DNA of 64,000 nucleotides, taken from Octopus vulgaris. Taxonomy: Eukaryota. Shown here in pieces: positions 43,823 to 61,686 of the stretch. Position 1 is the first letter of the stretch, and each line of letters starts with the position of its first letter. The translations under genes were made by a program, and so were the position numbers. The notes below the pieces were generated by a model that saw only the letters and a list, made by a program, of their open reading frames with translations, made no database searches and had not been told where the DNA came from. The DNA lies in the NCBI GenBank assembly GCA_951406725.2, contig OX597840.1, positions 27,838,001 to 27,902,000 on the forward strand, read 5' to 3'.

Positions 43823-43854
<32 letters not shown>

Positions 43855-44122
43855 ACACACACATATTGACTACAATGCAACGTGAACACAACCACTTCTT
43901 AAATCAGAGGCTCATTCTGAAGGACAACAGAGAGTTCATTGCAAAAAAACACTCAACGTTCACGAAGCAATTCTAAACGGTGAATGACGCTTTAGGTCTA
44001 AAACAGAATGGAAAGCATTCATTCGATATCAGCCAATAATTTGACGTTAAAAGTCTCTCAGTGTTTTCAATGGAATGCCAGTTGCGATTTCTAATTTTTC
44101 GTCATAATTTTCATTCTATTAA

Positions 44123-44347
44123 TTACTCTTACTCTTTACTCTCTTTTACTCTTTTACTTGTTTCAGTCATTTGACTGCGGCCATGCTGGAGTACCGCCTT
44201 TTAGTCGAGCAAATCGACCCCGGGACTTATTCTTTTTGTAAGCCCAGTACTTATTCTATCGGTTTCTTTTGCCGAACCGCTAAGTGACCTGGACGTAAAC
44301 ACACCAGCATCGGTTGTCAAGCAATGCTAGGGGGACAAACACATACA

Positions 44348-44383
<36 letters not shown>

Positions 44384-44561
44384 CACACATATGTATATAT
44401 ACATATACGACGGGCCTCCTTCAGTTTATGTCTACCAAATCCACTCACAAGGCTTTGGTTGGCCCGAGGCTATAGTAGAAGATACTTACCCAAGGTGTCA
44501 CGCAGTGGGACTGAACCCGGAACCATGTGGTTGGTAAGCAAGCTACTTACCACACAGCCAC
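44123..44561 (-). mobile_element. SINE family B, full length
   Basis: Matches the other B copies. Confidence 0.9.
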
Positions 44562-44667
44562 AATTGATATATTTATTTCCTCGTTCATTCATCTTATTCT
44601 TTATGTTCTTTGCTAAATGCACCATTCGTTTAAATACTACAAGATGGTCAATTTTTTTTTATATTAT

Positions 44668-45365
44668 AGGCGTAGGAATGGCTGTGTGGTAAGTAGCTTG
44701 CTTACGAACCACGTGGTTGCGGGTTCAGTCCCACTGCATGGCACCTTGGGCAAGTGTCTTCTACTATGGCCTCGGGCCAACCAAAGCCTCGTGAGTAGAT
44801 TTGGTAGACGGAAATTGAAAGAAGCCCGTCGTATATATGTATATGTATGTAGGAGTGGCTGTGTGGTAAGTAGCTTGCTTACGAACCACGTGGTTCCGGG
44901 TTCAGTCTCACTGCGTGGCACCTTGGGCAAGTGTCTTCTACTATAGCCTCGGGCCGACCAAAGCCTCGTGAGTGGATTTGGTAGACAGAAACTGAAAGAA
45001 GCCCGTCGTATATATGTATATGTATGTAGGAGTGGCTGTGTGGTAAGTAGCTTGCTTACGAACCACGTGATTCCGGGTTCAGTCTCACTGCGTGGCACCT
45101 TGGGCAAGTGTCTTCTACTATAGCCTCGGGCCGACCAAAGCCTCGTGAGTGGATTTGGTAGACAGAAACTGAAAGAAGCCCGTCGTATATATGTATATGT
45201 ATGTAGGAGTGGCTGTGTGGTAAGTAGCTTGCTTACGAACCACATGGTTCCAGGTTCAGTCCCACTGCGTGGCACTTTGGGCAAGTGTCTTCTACTATAG
45301 CCTCGGGCCGACCAAAGCCTTCTGAGTGGATTTGGTAGACGGAAACTGAAAGAAGCCTGACGTAT
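44668..45365 (+). repeat. Tandem array of four SINE B 5' halves, 177-bp period
   Basis: Unit starts at 44674, 44851, 45028 and 45205. Confidence 0.93.
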
Positions 45366-45994
45366 ATACATATGTGTGTGTCGGAGCGGGTAGTTGAGTA
45401 CATGTATGCACGTATCAATACATTTCTGTATATGTTTGTACGCATGTGAGAAGATTGTGTATATAGGAAGCTAAAGTAGAGTAGAAGCCGACGAAGAAAA
45501 ATCAATGAATTTCATAAAACGAACGAGTGAGGGAGAGAGACAGAGAAGGCGAGGGAAGAAGAGAGGATGAGAGGGATGATGAATGATGTGAGAGATATAG
45601 GACACATTGAAACACAGGGAGAGAGAGCGTGTGTGGAGTGATGATGCGATAGATATAGACAGCTTGAGTGAGGGAGAAAATGGCGTAAAAAAATCTTTAA
45701 AAGTATAAGAGGCGGAGTAGATGAGAAGACGATCATGAGACGAGGTTAAACGTCTGGAAGTAAAAAAATAACTGTGTGAATGTCGTAGAGAAAAATAAAA
45801 TGGGGAAGTTAGACAGGTGGAAAAAATAGGGAAACTGAATGGGAAAGTTGTTAGGAAATGGTAGAAGAAGGTTTGGATTATGAATAGGGTTAAGAATGAT
45901 AGATTGCGACTAATGAGGGATAGTGATATATAGGTAGATATGTAGATAGGCAAATAAATAGATAGATGGGTGGATGGGTGGATGTGTGGTTGGT

Positions 45995-46029
<35 letters not shown>

Positions 46030-46114
46030 ACAGATAGATAGATAGACAGGTAGATAGATAGATAGATAGATAGATAGACATACAGACAGATAGAGAGAGT
46101 TAAGTAGACAGATG

Positions 46115-46188
<74 letters not shown>

Positions 46189-46375
46189 TAGGCAGACAGA
46201 CAGATATATAGATAGATAGAAAGACAGACAGACAGACAGAGAGAGTTAAGTAGATAGACAGACAGACAGACAGATAGATATATTGACTGACGGAAACGCA
46301 CAGACAGTAAAATTTAGAACAAACAGAATCTAGAAAGAGAGGAAGTTAATATGAGAGTTAGAGAATAAGAAGGGA

Positions 46376-46419
<44 letters not shown>

Positions 46420-46646
46420 AAAAAAAAGAAGAAAAGAAGGAAAGAAAGAAAGGATTGAAATGCTACAGAGGTAGGGAGAGAGAAGTCAAAATTACTCGAG
46501 TAAGTGAGGAAGACATGGAGTAGGTGTGAGTACAAGCTGAAAGTACAAGCCGCCATTTTTGTTGATAACGCGAAATGGATCGTCCAGTGGTATAGCAAGC
46601 GAAGCGGCACAAAATGGGAAGAGGTGTTAGAAATTTTATGAAATAG

Positions 46647-46697
<51 letters not shown>

Positions 46698-47165
46698 GGA
46701 AGGATATACATGTGTATATGCGTGTGTGTTTGTGTGTCTTCATGTGTATATACATGTATACAAATATTATGAATGTATTTTGAATGTATACACAGACATA
46801 CATAATGTATGTATGAACGTTTGCACATAAGTGCACGTATGTGTATATGCATTTATAATATGCTTAAATATGTACGTATATCTCTTGGTGCCGTTCCTAG
46901 TGAAGATTATTCTCGCCGAATAAGCAGTAAGGGCAAGGAATTGTGGGAATTTGTTTCAGTATATATATATATCTGTCTATCTGTCTGTCTGTCTGTCTCT
47001 CTCTCTGTCTCTCTGTCTCTCTCTTTCTCTCTCCCTCTCTCTCTCTCTCTAAGTTTCTACCTCTATAAACAAGGAGTTAAAACATCTTTACTTGTGAGAT
47101 TTTTGCTACCCTGGTAACTATTTATTTTTTCCGTGTTAATTCTTAACAAGGTAAAAATACACTCA

Positions 47166-47234
<69 letters not shown>

Positions 47235-47353
47235 CACGAATTATTTGGGATCAGAGGCGTTCGTAAACCGAGGTACTACTGTATTAAATGAATATGAGAA
47301 AGACATGAGATAAACCACGGTTTATTCGTGGACTGAGTGGTTCGAAAACCGAG

Positions 47354-47442
<89 letters not shown>

Positions 47443-48433
47443 GTACACACACACACATATGCACATTTATGCGTTTGTCTGCCTGTGTGCTTGTGTATGT
47501 GTGCGCATGTGTATGTGTGTATCAGTGCTTTCATGCACATGTGTGTATGTACGCTTTGTTGGTTATATTTGGTGTTTGTCGCGAGCCCCGCCGCGGCAGC
47601 TGATGTTTCTTGTGAGGTCGAAATTAGAAAAGAATTAAGCACAAATAAATGGATAGATAAACATCCTCCCAAAAATAACTGGGCAGCCATTTTGCGTTGA
47701 GACAGAAATCAGACGACAGATGGAAACAAAGCGAAAGAGGGGCTGAAGGTGGGTAGGAAGGAGGGAAAGAGAGAGAGAAAGAGAGAGCTTCCCTGTTCTT
47801 TGATGTCTGATATATGAATATACGATTGCATATATATATACATGTAGGTCTATATGTGTGTTTGTATTCCTGTGTATACGCATGCATGTATGCAGATATG
47901 TTCCTATGCATGCATGTTACTGCATATATACATATATGCATGTATGTATGTACGTATGTATATGTGTGTGTTTGTGTGTGCATGTATGTATGTATAATTT
48001 TTTCCATATAGAAATTAATACAAGATGAAGAAATTAACGAAACGGCCGTAACCTTATGGAAATCACGTGGTTAAATGAATACCTTTTCACCACTCATACC
48101 TCCCGATTTTTGGCTTTATATATGTATATATACGCATGCGTGGCTGTGTGCTAAGATGTTTGATGGCCAACGATGTGGTTACAGGTTCAGTCCCACTGTG
48201 TAGAACGTGGGGCAACTGTTTTCTAGTATAGCTCCGGGTCGAGAAAGCTTTGAGAATGGATTTCATAGACGGAAACTGGAATAGTTTTATAAGTTTTAGT
48301 AAAGAAACAGTGTCTTCACTCTTTTATAAGGATCATCAGAAACTCATATTTTAAATCTGACTACTGGCCGGAGTATTCGCATAGTTCTGCGCTATCATAT
48401 GAACCCATACAGATATGGAGTAAACCGGTGATA

Positions 48434-48657
48434 TACTCTCTTACTCTTTTACTTGTTTCAGTCATTTGACTGCGGCCATGCTGAGGCACCGCCTTTAGTC
48501 GAGCAACTCGACCCAGGGACTTATTCTTTGTAAGCCCAGTACTTATTCTATCGGTCTCTTTTGCCGAACCGCTAAGTGACGGGGGACATAAACACACCAG
48601 TATCGGTTGTCAAGCAATGCTTGGGGCGGGACAAACACAGACACACAAACATACACG

Positions 48658-48715
<58 letters not shown>

Positions 48716-48875
48716 TACGACGAGCTTCTTTCAGTTTCCGTCTACCAAATCCACTCACAAGGCTTTGGTCGGCCCAAGGCTATAGTTGACACTTGCCCAA
48801 GGTGCCACGCAGTGGGACTGAATCAGGAACCATGTGGTTAGTAAGCAAGCTACTTACCACACAGCCACTCCTGCG

Positions 48876-48927
<52 letters not shown>

Positions 48928-49091
48928 TACGACAGGCTTCTTTCAGTTTCCGTCTACCAAATCCACTCACAAGGCTTTGGTCGGCCCGAGGCTATAGCAG
49001 AAGACACTTGCCCAAGGTGCCACGCAGTGGGACTGAATCAGGAACTATGTGGCTGGTAAGCAAGCTACTTACCACACAGCCACTCCTGCGC

Positions 49092-49128
<37 letters not shown>

Positions 49129-49293
49129 TACGACGGGCTTCTTTCAGTTTCCGTCTACCAAATCCACTCACAAGGCTTTGGTCGGCCCGAGGCTATAGTA
49201 GAAGACACTTGCCCAAGGTGCCACACAGTGGGACTGAATCAGAAACTATGTGGTTGGTAAGCAAGCTACTTACCACACAGCCACACCTGCGCC
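48434..49293 (-). mobile_element. SINE B with three tandem heads and one tail
   Basis: Three 5' halves separated by (TA)n, all sharing the variant GAATCAG, followed by a single 3' tail. Confidence 0.9.
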
Positions 49294-49502
49294 TGAATTT
49301 TCCTTTTTTCTGTTTTTGGCAAACTATTTCTTCGCCAAAGTGCGATGTTTTCGGAACGTAATATTCCAACATCTATTTCATCAGTTAACACCTGTTTCTC
49401 TACAAAAGACCTACAAATCGAAAGGTAGACATATACTATGTCGCATTGTCTACTTTGATCCTCACAGTATTATCAATGTTTATAAATCAGTTGATATATG
49501 GA

Positions 49503-49882
49503 AGCACTCCGTCGGTTACGACGACGAGGGTTCCGGTTGATCCGAATCAACGGAACAGCCTGCTCGTGAAATTAACGTGTAAGTGGCTGAGCACTCCACA
49601 GACACGTGCACCCTTAACGTAGTTCTGGGGGATATTCAGCGTGACACAGAGAGTGACAAGGCCGGCCCTTTGAAATACAGGTACAACAGAAACAGGAAGT
49701 AAGAGTGAGAGAAAGTTGTGGTGAAAGAGTACAGCAGGGATCACCACCATCCCCTGCCGGAGACTCGTGGAGCTTTAGGTGTTTTCGCTCAATAAACACT
49801 CACAACGCCCGGTCTGGGAATCGAAGTCGCGATCCTATGACCGCGAGTCCGCTGCCCTAACCACTGGGCCATTGCGCCTCCA
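49503..49882 (-). mobile_element. SINE family A, full length (part of an inverted duplication)
   Basis: Reverse complement of 17669-18048; the flank is also duplicated. Confidence 0.92.
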
Positions 49883-50574
49883 CTCACACACAGATAGCTA
49901 GACAGAGAGATCAAGGAATATTTGCGTTCCTGTACGTATGTTGGGGTTTGATGGAGCAAACATCAAACCTTCAATACATAACAATATCCAACGTATAATA
50001 ATGCATGATATATTCCTTCGTTTTTCAAGATCTATGAGAGATTCAAGGCCCTAAACTGTGTTGCAACGCACTTAACTGACTGTCATAAATGTAGTGTCTC
50101 AAATTTCCGGAACACTCGCCCATATCCTGGCAGCTTCCCTAACCACTGGGCCATTGATATATATGTTACTATTAAACCACAGTTTGAGTCTATTTGCTCT
50201 TAAAATATTTATACTTATTAAATCAGTTCCTTTACTTGTTCTATTTATACTCTTACGACTAGGCGTATTTATGAGGTTTATGGTCATTTAAAGTGATATA
50301 TGGTTTCTGCTTACTTAGATGTGATTCTTTCTTTATCACCTCTTGTTTTCTTTAGTTATCTGTTTTGCCTAGTTTAGTATTATTATTACGTTTGCTATTA
50401 TTATATTTGTTAGTTTTACTACTTATCGTTATGGCTGTCGTTATTTAACATTGTCTGATCTGTGCTTGGTTATCAATTTTTTATCACATAAAGAAATGTC
50501 GAATTTGTTTACGACGCGAAGATATAGCAAGAACAGAATAGGACTTGATAACAGCTTTGTTTTGTTACCAATTG

Positions 50575-52250
<1,676 letters not shown>

Positions 52251-52679
52251 TATTTTCTCTTGTTTGTGCAGCAGATGATAACATGTGCCCCAGGGATGCG
52301 CAGCAAATTGACCTTAAAAACTGTACTTTCATGCATGACAAACTCCGATGGTGCAGGGGACGAAGAAGAAAGGGCTTTCCTATGCCTTGTTGTTTTTTTC
52401 CTCCCCTTCCGCTTTAACTTTTTATTTCTTTATAAATTTTTTTTCTTCTACCTATTTATTTTTTTTTTACTTATTTATTTAATTATTCATTTATCTGCGT
52501 GTTTATTTCCTTTTCAACTTTTGCTGAAAACCGTTTTTCCAGTCTGGCGTACGACAAACCGAGTACGGAGTACAAGGCAAATGAAAAGAGAGTACGTCTT
52601 GCATCGTGTCACCACCGCCACTGCGATCCGAACTCTCCACAGCCCTTGTTTCCATATCACACAAACGATTTTAAATCTA

Positions 52680-52785
<106 letters not shown>

Positions 52786-52896
52786 GGATAGATAGATGGA
52801 TAGATAGATGGATAGATAGACAGATAGATAGATAGATAGATAGATAGATAGGATTAGATGGATAGATTAGATTGATAGATAGATAGATAGATAGAT

Positions 52897-52937
<41 letters not shown>

Positions 52938-52938
52938 G

Positions 52939-52976
<38 letters not shown>

Positions 52977-53011
52977 CAGATAGACAGATAGATGGATAGA
53001 TAAATAAATAA

Positions 53012-53072
<61 letters not shown>

Positions 53073-53714
53073 GAGATAGATAGATTTATATATATCTTTT
53101 TTACAATTTTTCCCCCTCTTGTAGTCTTTATTTAGATTTTCCTGTTCATTCGTCGCTGCTTTCTAGAATAAAAAACAAGGAACAAGATAAAAGAGGCAAC
53201 CAATGAACTCCACCGTAGAATTGTGTCACGAGCACCTGTTTGTGCTGTGTGCACCAGTGGTGGAGGGTTCCAGGTTTATGTAAAGCTGTCCCAACGAAGG
53301 ATAGATTTTTTTCTGGTAGCTAAACCTGGTGAAATGTGCAAACAAATATCTTCATATATTACACCATACTCTCTCTAATGTATTCTGTGATTATGCTTTT
53401 ATGTATGAATATATATATGTGTGAATGTGTGCATGCATGCATACATATATCTATATGTGTATGTGTATACGTATTCAAACACGTACGAATACATATATGT
53501 ATGTATGTATATATGAATACCACATTGACTCATTAATACTGACATACACACACACACACATAATATATACGCATATATATATAGGGGGGAAAGAATGAAA
53601 AATAAGCGAAAATGCGCATTGTAAATAAAATAGTCTTTTTATGAAAGGTATGGACCGAGGTAGTAATAAAAGTCATAAAAGTCATTATTATAAGATGATT
53701 AAAGAGTCAGAAAG

Positions 53715-53756
53715 CAAAGCATACCATGGTTTCGTCATAAGCTATTCATTGCTTTG
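53715..53756 (-). ncRNA. Hammerhead motif with variant core (A3-U8)
   Basis: CAAAGCA-ATGAATA-GCTTATGAC-GAAA-CCATGG-TA-TGCTTTG: 7-bp stem I, palindromic stem III, weak stem II. Confidence 0.6.
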
Positions 53757-54743
53757 AATACACCGGCTGTATGTATGTATATGGAAAGTTTTACAGATTT
53801 TTACAGTTCTCAAAACTAACAAAAATAGCAGCCAAATCCCTCCTCAAAACACAATCTTTAAGTATGTCTCTTCTATTTGTTTAATTATCATAAATCTTCT
53901 ACTGAGGAGGGAACCGGTGTCCAACAAAGATACAAGGCTCCATCTTTCGGATTTAATTAACACAGACGAATTCACATTTGGAACTTAAGAAAAGTCTTGC
54001 ATATTTTTACTGTTCCGCTCACAGATTGTAATGTACGAATTGGCGGTCGATTTCTCCTGAAAATCCAAGGTTATCCAGATTCTCTTATGTATGTATGTAT
54101 GTATGTATGTATGTATGTATGTATGTATGTATGTATGTATGTATGTATGTATGTATGTGTGTGTATGTATGTATGTATGTATGTATGTATGTATGTATGT
54201 ATGTATGTATGCATGTATGTATGCATGTATGCCTGTATGTATGTATGTATGTATGTATGTGTGTATGTATGTACGTACGTAGGTATGTATGTATGTATAT
54301 ATGCATGTATGTATGCATGTAATTATATATGTATTTATGCATATGCGTACATACGAGCAGTATTCAACAGATTTAATTAGAGCTTTGGGTATTTAATAAA
54401 ATGTTGACGTTACCATACAATTTCACGTTACTGAACATTCGTCAACAATGAATGTTCCCACTCCTGAAACTTTTTAGGGCAATGCACAAGCAATGTAGAA
54501 AATTTTTAATGACTTCTAAGAGAGAATATTTAGACTTCGATTGAGCAATTGCGATCAAGAAGATACTTTTGCAAAACAATAACATCGATTGATGGTATTA
54601 TGTGCTCCACGTTGTAGATCAGACCAGAAAGTGGTGCCAGGTTTTCGGAGAACTCGGTTCGATCTTGTCCGGTTACATGGTGTTCATATATTTGTATTAT
54701 AGTGCACTGAAAATGAAATGTCAGTATGGACAAACAGAGGTTA

Positions 54744-55138
54744 TCTTTATATATAAAAGTGAAGTTGTGTGAGTGTCTGTCTCCTACGATTTAGATTCCT
54801 AACTACTCCCACATTTTGCGGTGCAGTTTAACCAAAACCGGGTATCTTATAGTCGTGATTCATATCGAGCCCTTCTGGGTATTAGCGCGCGTCTACGATG
54901 AGTCTACGATTTTAAAAATAATTTACCATCATTTTTTCTAATGCATTTTTTCGCTATTATATCAGGGAAGTAACTCTCTAAAAATGTCTACGATGAGTCA
55001 ACGATTTAAAAAAAAAATTACCGTCATTTTTTTCCAATTTTAATGCATTTTTTTGTTATTTTTTGGCTATGACTCTCTAAAAATGCTTATATAGTTATTT
55101 CCCTTACAAACCCGAGCAACGCCGAGCGATACTGCTAG
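54744..55138 (+). mobile_element. Non-autonomous Helitron
   Basis: A|TCTTTATATATAAAAG...CCCGAGCAACGCCGAGCGATACTG-CTAG|T; the 3' ~120 bp is shared with 6065-6447. Confidence 0.87.
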
Positions 55139-55622
55139 TATTTGCATAAATGTACCTGGACGAATAAGGACTAGAATGATGTTTCTGGGACATATGTGCG
55201 TGCACTGGTGCGTATATGCATGCTTGTATGTATGTATGTATGTGTGTATGTATGTATGTATGTATGTATGTATGTATGTATGTATGTATGTATGTATGTA
55301 TGTATGTATGTATGTATATATGTATGGATTCTGTTGTATGACGTGATTTATATTATGTATTAGGACCCTTGTGGCCAACAATACAAATAGTAGTTGTTTG
55401 TTTATTTATTTATTTATTTTTGTTTATTCAATTACCCTTTCCCCTTTTATCTAACAGAAAATCAAAAAACCCTGTAACGACAAAAAAAAGGAGTCAATAT
55501 AAAACAGAAAAAAAAGTTAGGAGCGTAATGTAGGAAACCTTTGATGCGTATACGCACACACACACGCACAAGCGAACAACAAATAAACACATAAACACAC
55601 ACATACACGAACATACACAGAA

Positions 55623-55717
<95 letters not shown>

Positions 55718-55775
55718 ATATATGTATGAACATATATTTGTGTGTCTATATATATATATATATATACATATTATG

Positions 55776-55824
<49 letters not shown>

Positions 55825-55966
55825 CACACACATACATGTGTGTAGTATGTGCATGTATGTGAGTAAACATGTGTATATGTGTGTATGAATGTATATGTTA
55901 ACCTAGTTGTGTGCTTATCTCCGTACGAGCGCGCAAGTGTGAGAGTGTAATTGCGTGTGTATGTGG

Positions 55967-55998
<32 letters not shown>

Positions 55999-56115
55999 AA
56001 CATGCAGTTTGCTATGTTCTGTTCCTCAATTAAATTTCACGATTGACGGTCAACCAAATTACATTTAATTTTTATTGTAAACACCTCCATCGGCCCCCGG
56101 ATATATTTTTTTGTG

Positions 56116-56159
<44 letters not shown>

Positions 56160-56401
56160 TAGAGAGAGATGTGTGTATGTCTGTGTATTTGTGTGTGTGT
56201 ATGCAAACACGCAAACAGGCACCTACAAAACAATACTAATGATTATAATGATTATGTCGGCAATATTAATGATGATAAATGTGACGATGTTGATAATGCT
56301 GATGATGGTTATGCTGCTGCTGCTGCTGATGATGATGATGGTGATGATGAGGATGAGGATGATGATAATGATGATGATTATGATGATGGTGGTGGTGATG
56401 G

Positions 56402-56436
<35 letters not shown>

Positions 56437-56473
56437 TTAATAATGACGACGATGATGATGGTGATGTTGATGG

Positions 56474-56511
<38 letters not shown>

Positions 56512-56570
56512 TTGATGAAGGTGGTGATGATGCAAATGTTAATGCTAATTGTCGTATAGTAATAATGATG

Positions 56571-56646
<76 letters not shown>

Positions 56647-57301
56647 ATTAACGATTGAATGAATAGCTAAATAACCCCGAATAATATGCCCGAAAACCAC
56701 CAATAGATAAATAAATAAATGAGGAAAGAAAGAACGAAAGAAAGAAAGAAAGAAAAAGAAGAAAGAAATGTAGCCTGCGTCTATGCTTTTTTTTTTCAAA
56801 GAAAAATGGTGAGGCTTTCGCAGTGGAATCAGATTAGTTGTGTTAAGGTAAGCGAAACCGTGAATCTGGGATAAGACAGTGGAGGAAAAAAGTGATTTGT
56901 GATTTTCTTAAATGCATTTTTGACTGAGCCCCTAAAAAAAGAAAAATAAATAAATATATAAACAAAGGAAAAATATAAATAGTAATGAATGAAAATATAA
57001 ACACATAAATATAGAAAAGAAAATATAAGAACAAAATAAAAGATAAAAAATTTAAGTAAGAACTAAACGAATAAAAATGAATAAAAATTAAAAATAAAAA
57101 TAAAAATAAAAGCATAAATAAGTAAAAAAAATAAAGGATGAATAATATAAATTATAAGATATAAAAATAAAAAAATAATATACGAGATATAAAATAAACC
57201 GTCGATAGATTTTTTTTCCTTCTTATCTGGACTTTCTTCTAACGTGGGGTTACCAAAAGGTCTGCGTTTTCTGTCTTTTCTACCTCAGTACACACATACA
57301 G

Positions 57302-57344
<43 letters not shown>

Positions 57345-57814
57345 CACAGATACACACACATACACATGCAAAGGTTGGACCCGGCTTGAAGGGGTAGAAT
57401 TCAACGATGTCATTTGAAGCGAAAGGAAAAACTCTTTTTGTAATTCCATATATAAATTTTCGCTCGTTTTTTTTCCCCCCGCGTTAGTTTTTTTTTTCTT
57501 CCTTCATTGCATTCCTTCTTATATATATATTTTTTATCATATTCCTTCCCTGTCCTCCGACCCTTTTTCCTCCCTCACTCTCCTTCCTTTCTTTTTCCAT
57601 TCTGCATTTTTTTTCTGATTTTTTTTAAATTTATATCTTCCGCCATGTTTTTTAATCGTTTCTCTTTTTTCTTTGAGGTTTGTCCATTCACCATTCCGCT
57701 TCCGTATCTGTTTCATGTGGTATCTTCCGTTTAGCTGTCTCTTTATTCTTTACCAACCGTTTTACCGTTTCTCTTGGAGCGGAATTTTTTTATTTTTGTA
57801 AACGTGCACGCGTA

Positions 57815-57994
<180 letters not shown>

Positions 57995-58061
57995 TCTATG
58001 TGTGTATATATATATATGTATATACATGTATGTGTATATACATATATATATACATATATAT

Positions 58062-58116
<55 letters not shown>

Positions 58117-58348
58117 TATACATATATATATATGTTTGTGTTTGTCAATCTGTATGTATGCATGTATGTATGTATGCTTGAATAGCTGAATGCATGTATG
58201 TGTGTATGTTTTTGTATGTGCATGTGTATGCACATACGTACAAGTAAATATACATATGCGAATATACTTATATCTAAATGTATATACACATAAATGCATA
58301 TATGTGCTTGCATCTATTCATGTGCATATATATGTGTGTGTGTGTGTT

Positions 58349-58463
<115 letters not shown>

Positions 58464-58469
58464 AATATT

Positions 58470-58862
<393 letters not shown>

Positions 58863-59043
58863 TATATGTATGCCAGCGCAAATATGACCATGGTCATCAT
58901 CATCATCATCACCACACCACAACTACATCCACCACCATCGCCATCAAATATATCATCACCATAGTCATCACCACCATAATCATACACATCATCGTCGTAA
59001 TCGTCATCATCGTCGTCGTCATTGTCATCGACATCATCATTGC

Positions 59044-59077
<34 letters not shown>

Positions 59078-59520
59078 GTCATCATCATCATCATAGTCTT
59101 CAGCATCATCATTCTCATCATCATCATAATCGTCATCATCATTATCATCATCGTCGTGATCATCATCGACGTTATCATCATCATCGCCATCATCATCATC
59201 ATCGTCGTTGTCGTCATCATCATCGTCATCATCATCACCTTCGTGATGCCATTATCTTTTAACATCATCATCTCCGCCATCCCTGCCATGACCAACACAA
59301 GCGACTACACATGAAATTAGAAGGAAGGACATTTCCAAAATCATTGAGTCCGTAATTGACTAAAACTCGGTGCTGCTGTTGTTGTTGATGATGATGATGA
59401 TGATAATGTTGCTGTTTTTATTGTAGAAAAGAGAAAAGACGTTCCAGCCGTGACAATCCTTCCTGCATATTAATGAATATGTCCTCAAATGTGTCCTCAA
59501 TTTTATAGGGCTGTTTTATA

Positions 59521-60544
59521 TGTCGACCTCGGCGGAATTTGAACTCAGAACGTAAAGACAGACGAAATACCTATTTCTTTACTACCCACAAGGGGCCAAA
59601 CACAGAGAGGACAAACAAGGACAGACAAACGGATTAAGTTGATTACACCGACCCCAGTGCGTAACTGGTACTTATTTAATCGACCCCGAAAGGATGGAAG
59701 GCAAAGACGACCTCGGCGGAATTTGAACTCAGAACGTAACGGCAGACGAAATACGGTGACGCATTTCGCCCGGCGTGCTAACGTTTCTATTTCTTTACTG
59801 CCCACAAGGGGCTAAACACAGAGAGGACAAACAAGGACAGACAAACGGATTAAGTTGATTACACCGACCCCAGTGCGTAACTGGTACTTATTTAATCGAC
59901 CCCGAAAGGATGGAAGGCAAAGACGACCTCGGCGGAATTTGAACTCAGAACGTAACGGCAGACGAAATACGGTGACGCATTTCGCCCGGCGTGCTAACGT
60001 TTCTTATTTCTTTACTGCCCACAAGGGGCTAAACACAGAGAGGACAAACAAGGACAGACAAAGGGATTAAGTCGATTACATCCACCCTGAAAGTACTTAA
60101 TTTATCGACTTCGAAAGAATGAAAAGCAAAGTCGACCACGGCGGAATTTGAACTCAGAACGTAACGGCAGACGAAATACCTATTTCTTTACTACCCACAA
60201 GGGGCTAAACACAGAGAGGACAAACAAGGACAGACACATGGATTAATTCGATTACATCCACCCTGAAAGGATGAAAGGCAAAGTCGACCACGGCGGAATT
60301 TGAACTCAGAACGTAACGGCAGACGAAATACCTATTTCTTTACTACCCACAAGGGGCTAAACACAGAGAGGACAAACAAAGACAGACAAGGGGATGAAAT
60401 CGATTATATCGACCCCAGTGCGTAACTGGTACTTAATCGACCCCGAAAGGATGAAAGGCAACGTTGACCTCGGCGGAATTTGAACTAAGAACGTAACGGT
60501 AGACGAAATACCGCCCGGCGTGCTAACGATTCTGCCAGCTCGCC
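59521..60544 (-). repeat. Tandem array of SINE C units (five plus a partial)
   Basis: Repeated CCCACAAGGGG...GGCGGAATTTGAACT units, mixing ~219-bp and shorter forms. Confidence 0.92.
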
Positions 60545-61040
60545 ACTTTCACCGTCCCCAATATTACCTATATCTCTTTACCTCCTCTTCTTCTCTCAAT
60601 ATACAGCTTCTTCACTCCCTCTTCCCCGCCCTCTCTCTCTCTCTCTCTCTATCTCTATCTCTTATCCTTTCTCCTCCTGCCTCTTGCTTGCTCGTACCTA
60701 GAAACACCCTTTCTTCATGCTACACAGACAAACATAGGTTTTTTCCTTCTGTATCTTCCACAAACTCCACTCATTACCTCGTTATCCACCGTTTAACCAT
60801 CCCTTATCAGTGACACTATATATGACAGCTCTCGCTCTGTAATCACTGCACGATAAACCACAAAGATTGTCGGCCGCCATTTTCTGGTCTCTCGTGCCAA
60901 ACTCAGCGGCCATTAGATCCGTCAATCTCCAACGAAAGATTCTGTTGTTAAGCTTTAAATAATCCCTCTTTCTTTATCATGTCTCATCAAAAATGACATA
61001 TTAAATGATGGCAATTCATTCATTGTTCTGCTTCATATAT

Positions 61041-61079
<39 letters not shown>

Positions 61080-61214
61080 TTTGTTTAATCTTTTATTTAT
61101 TTTTTATTCGTTTTTCCGCGATTTCATGTTTTTGTTTTGTTGTTGGATTCTTTTTTTCTATTTATTTTTAACTTCCTGCTTTGCTTTTTTATTTGTCTGT
61201 TGTTGCTTTTATTA

Positions 61215-61278
<64 letters not shown>

Positions 61279-61355
61279 CATATATATCATCATCTTCATC
61301 ATCATCATTATCATTATTATTATTATTATCATTATTATTATTATTATCATTATTA

Positions 61356-61386
<31 letters not shown>

Positions 61387-61411
61387 CATTATTATTATCA
61401 TTATTATTATT

Positions 61412-61446
<35 letters not shown>

Positions 61447-61489
61447 TATTTATCATCATATCATCATCATCATCATCATCATTATCATT

Positions 61490-61521
<32 letters not shown>

Positions 61522-61622
61522 CATTATTATTATTATTATTATTATTATCATTATTATTATTATATTATTATTATTATTATTATCATTATTATTATTATTA
61601 TTATTATTTATTATTATTATTA

Positions 61623-61686
<64 letters not shown>

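Noticed and set aside
44664-45371. Repeat protein ORF or CRISPR-like array
   Set aside because: The units are near-identical SINE heads with no unique spacers and no cas genes, in a eukaryotic context.
47259-47360. Pogo/Tigger-like TIR pair
   Set aside because: The two AAACCGAGGTACTA copies are direct rather than inverted; at most these are element fragments.
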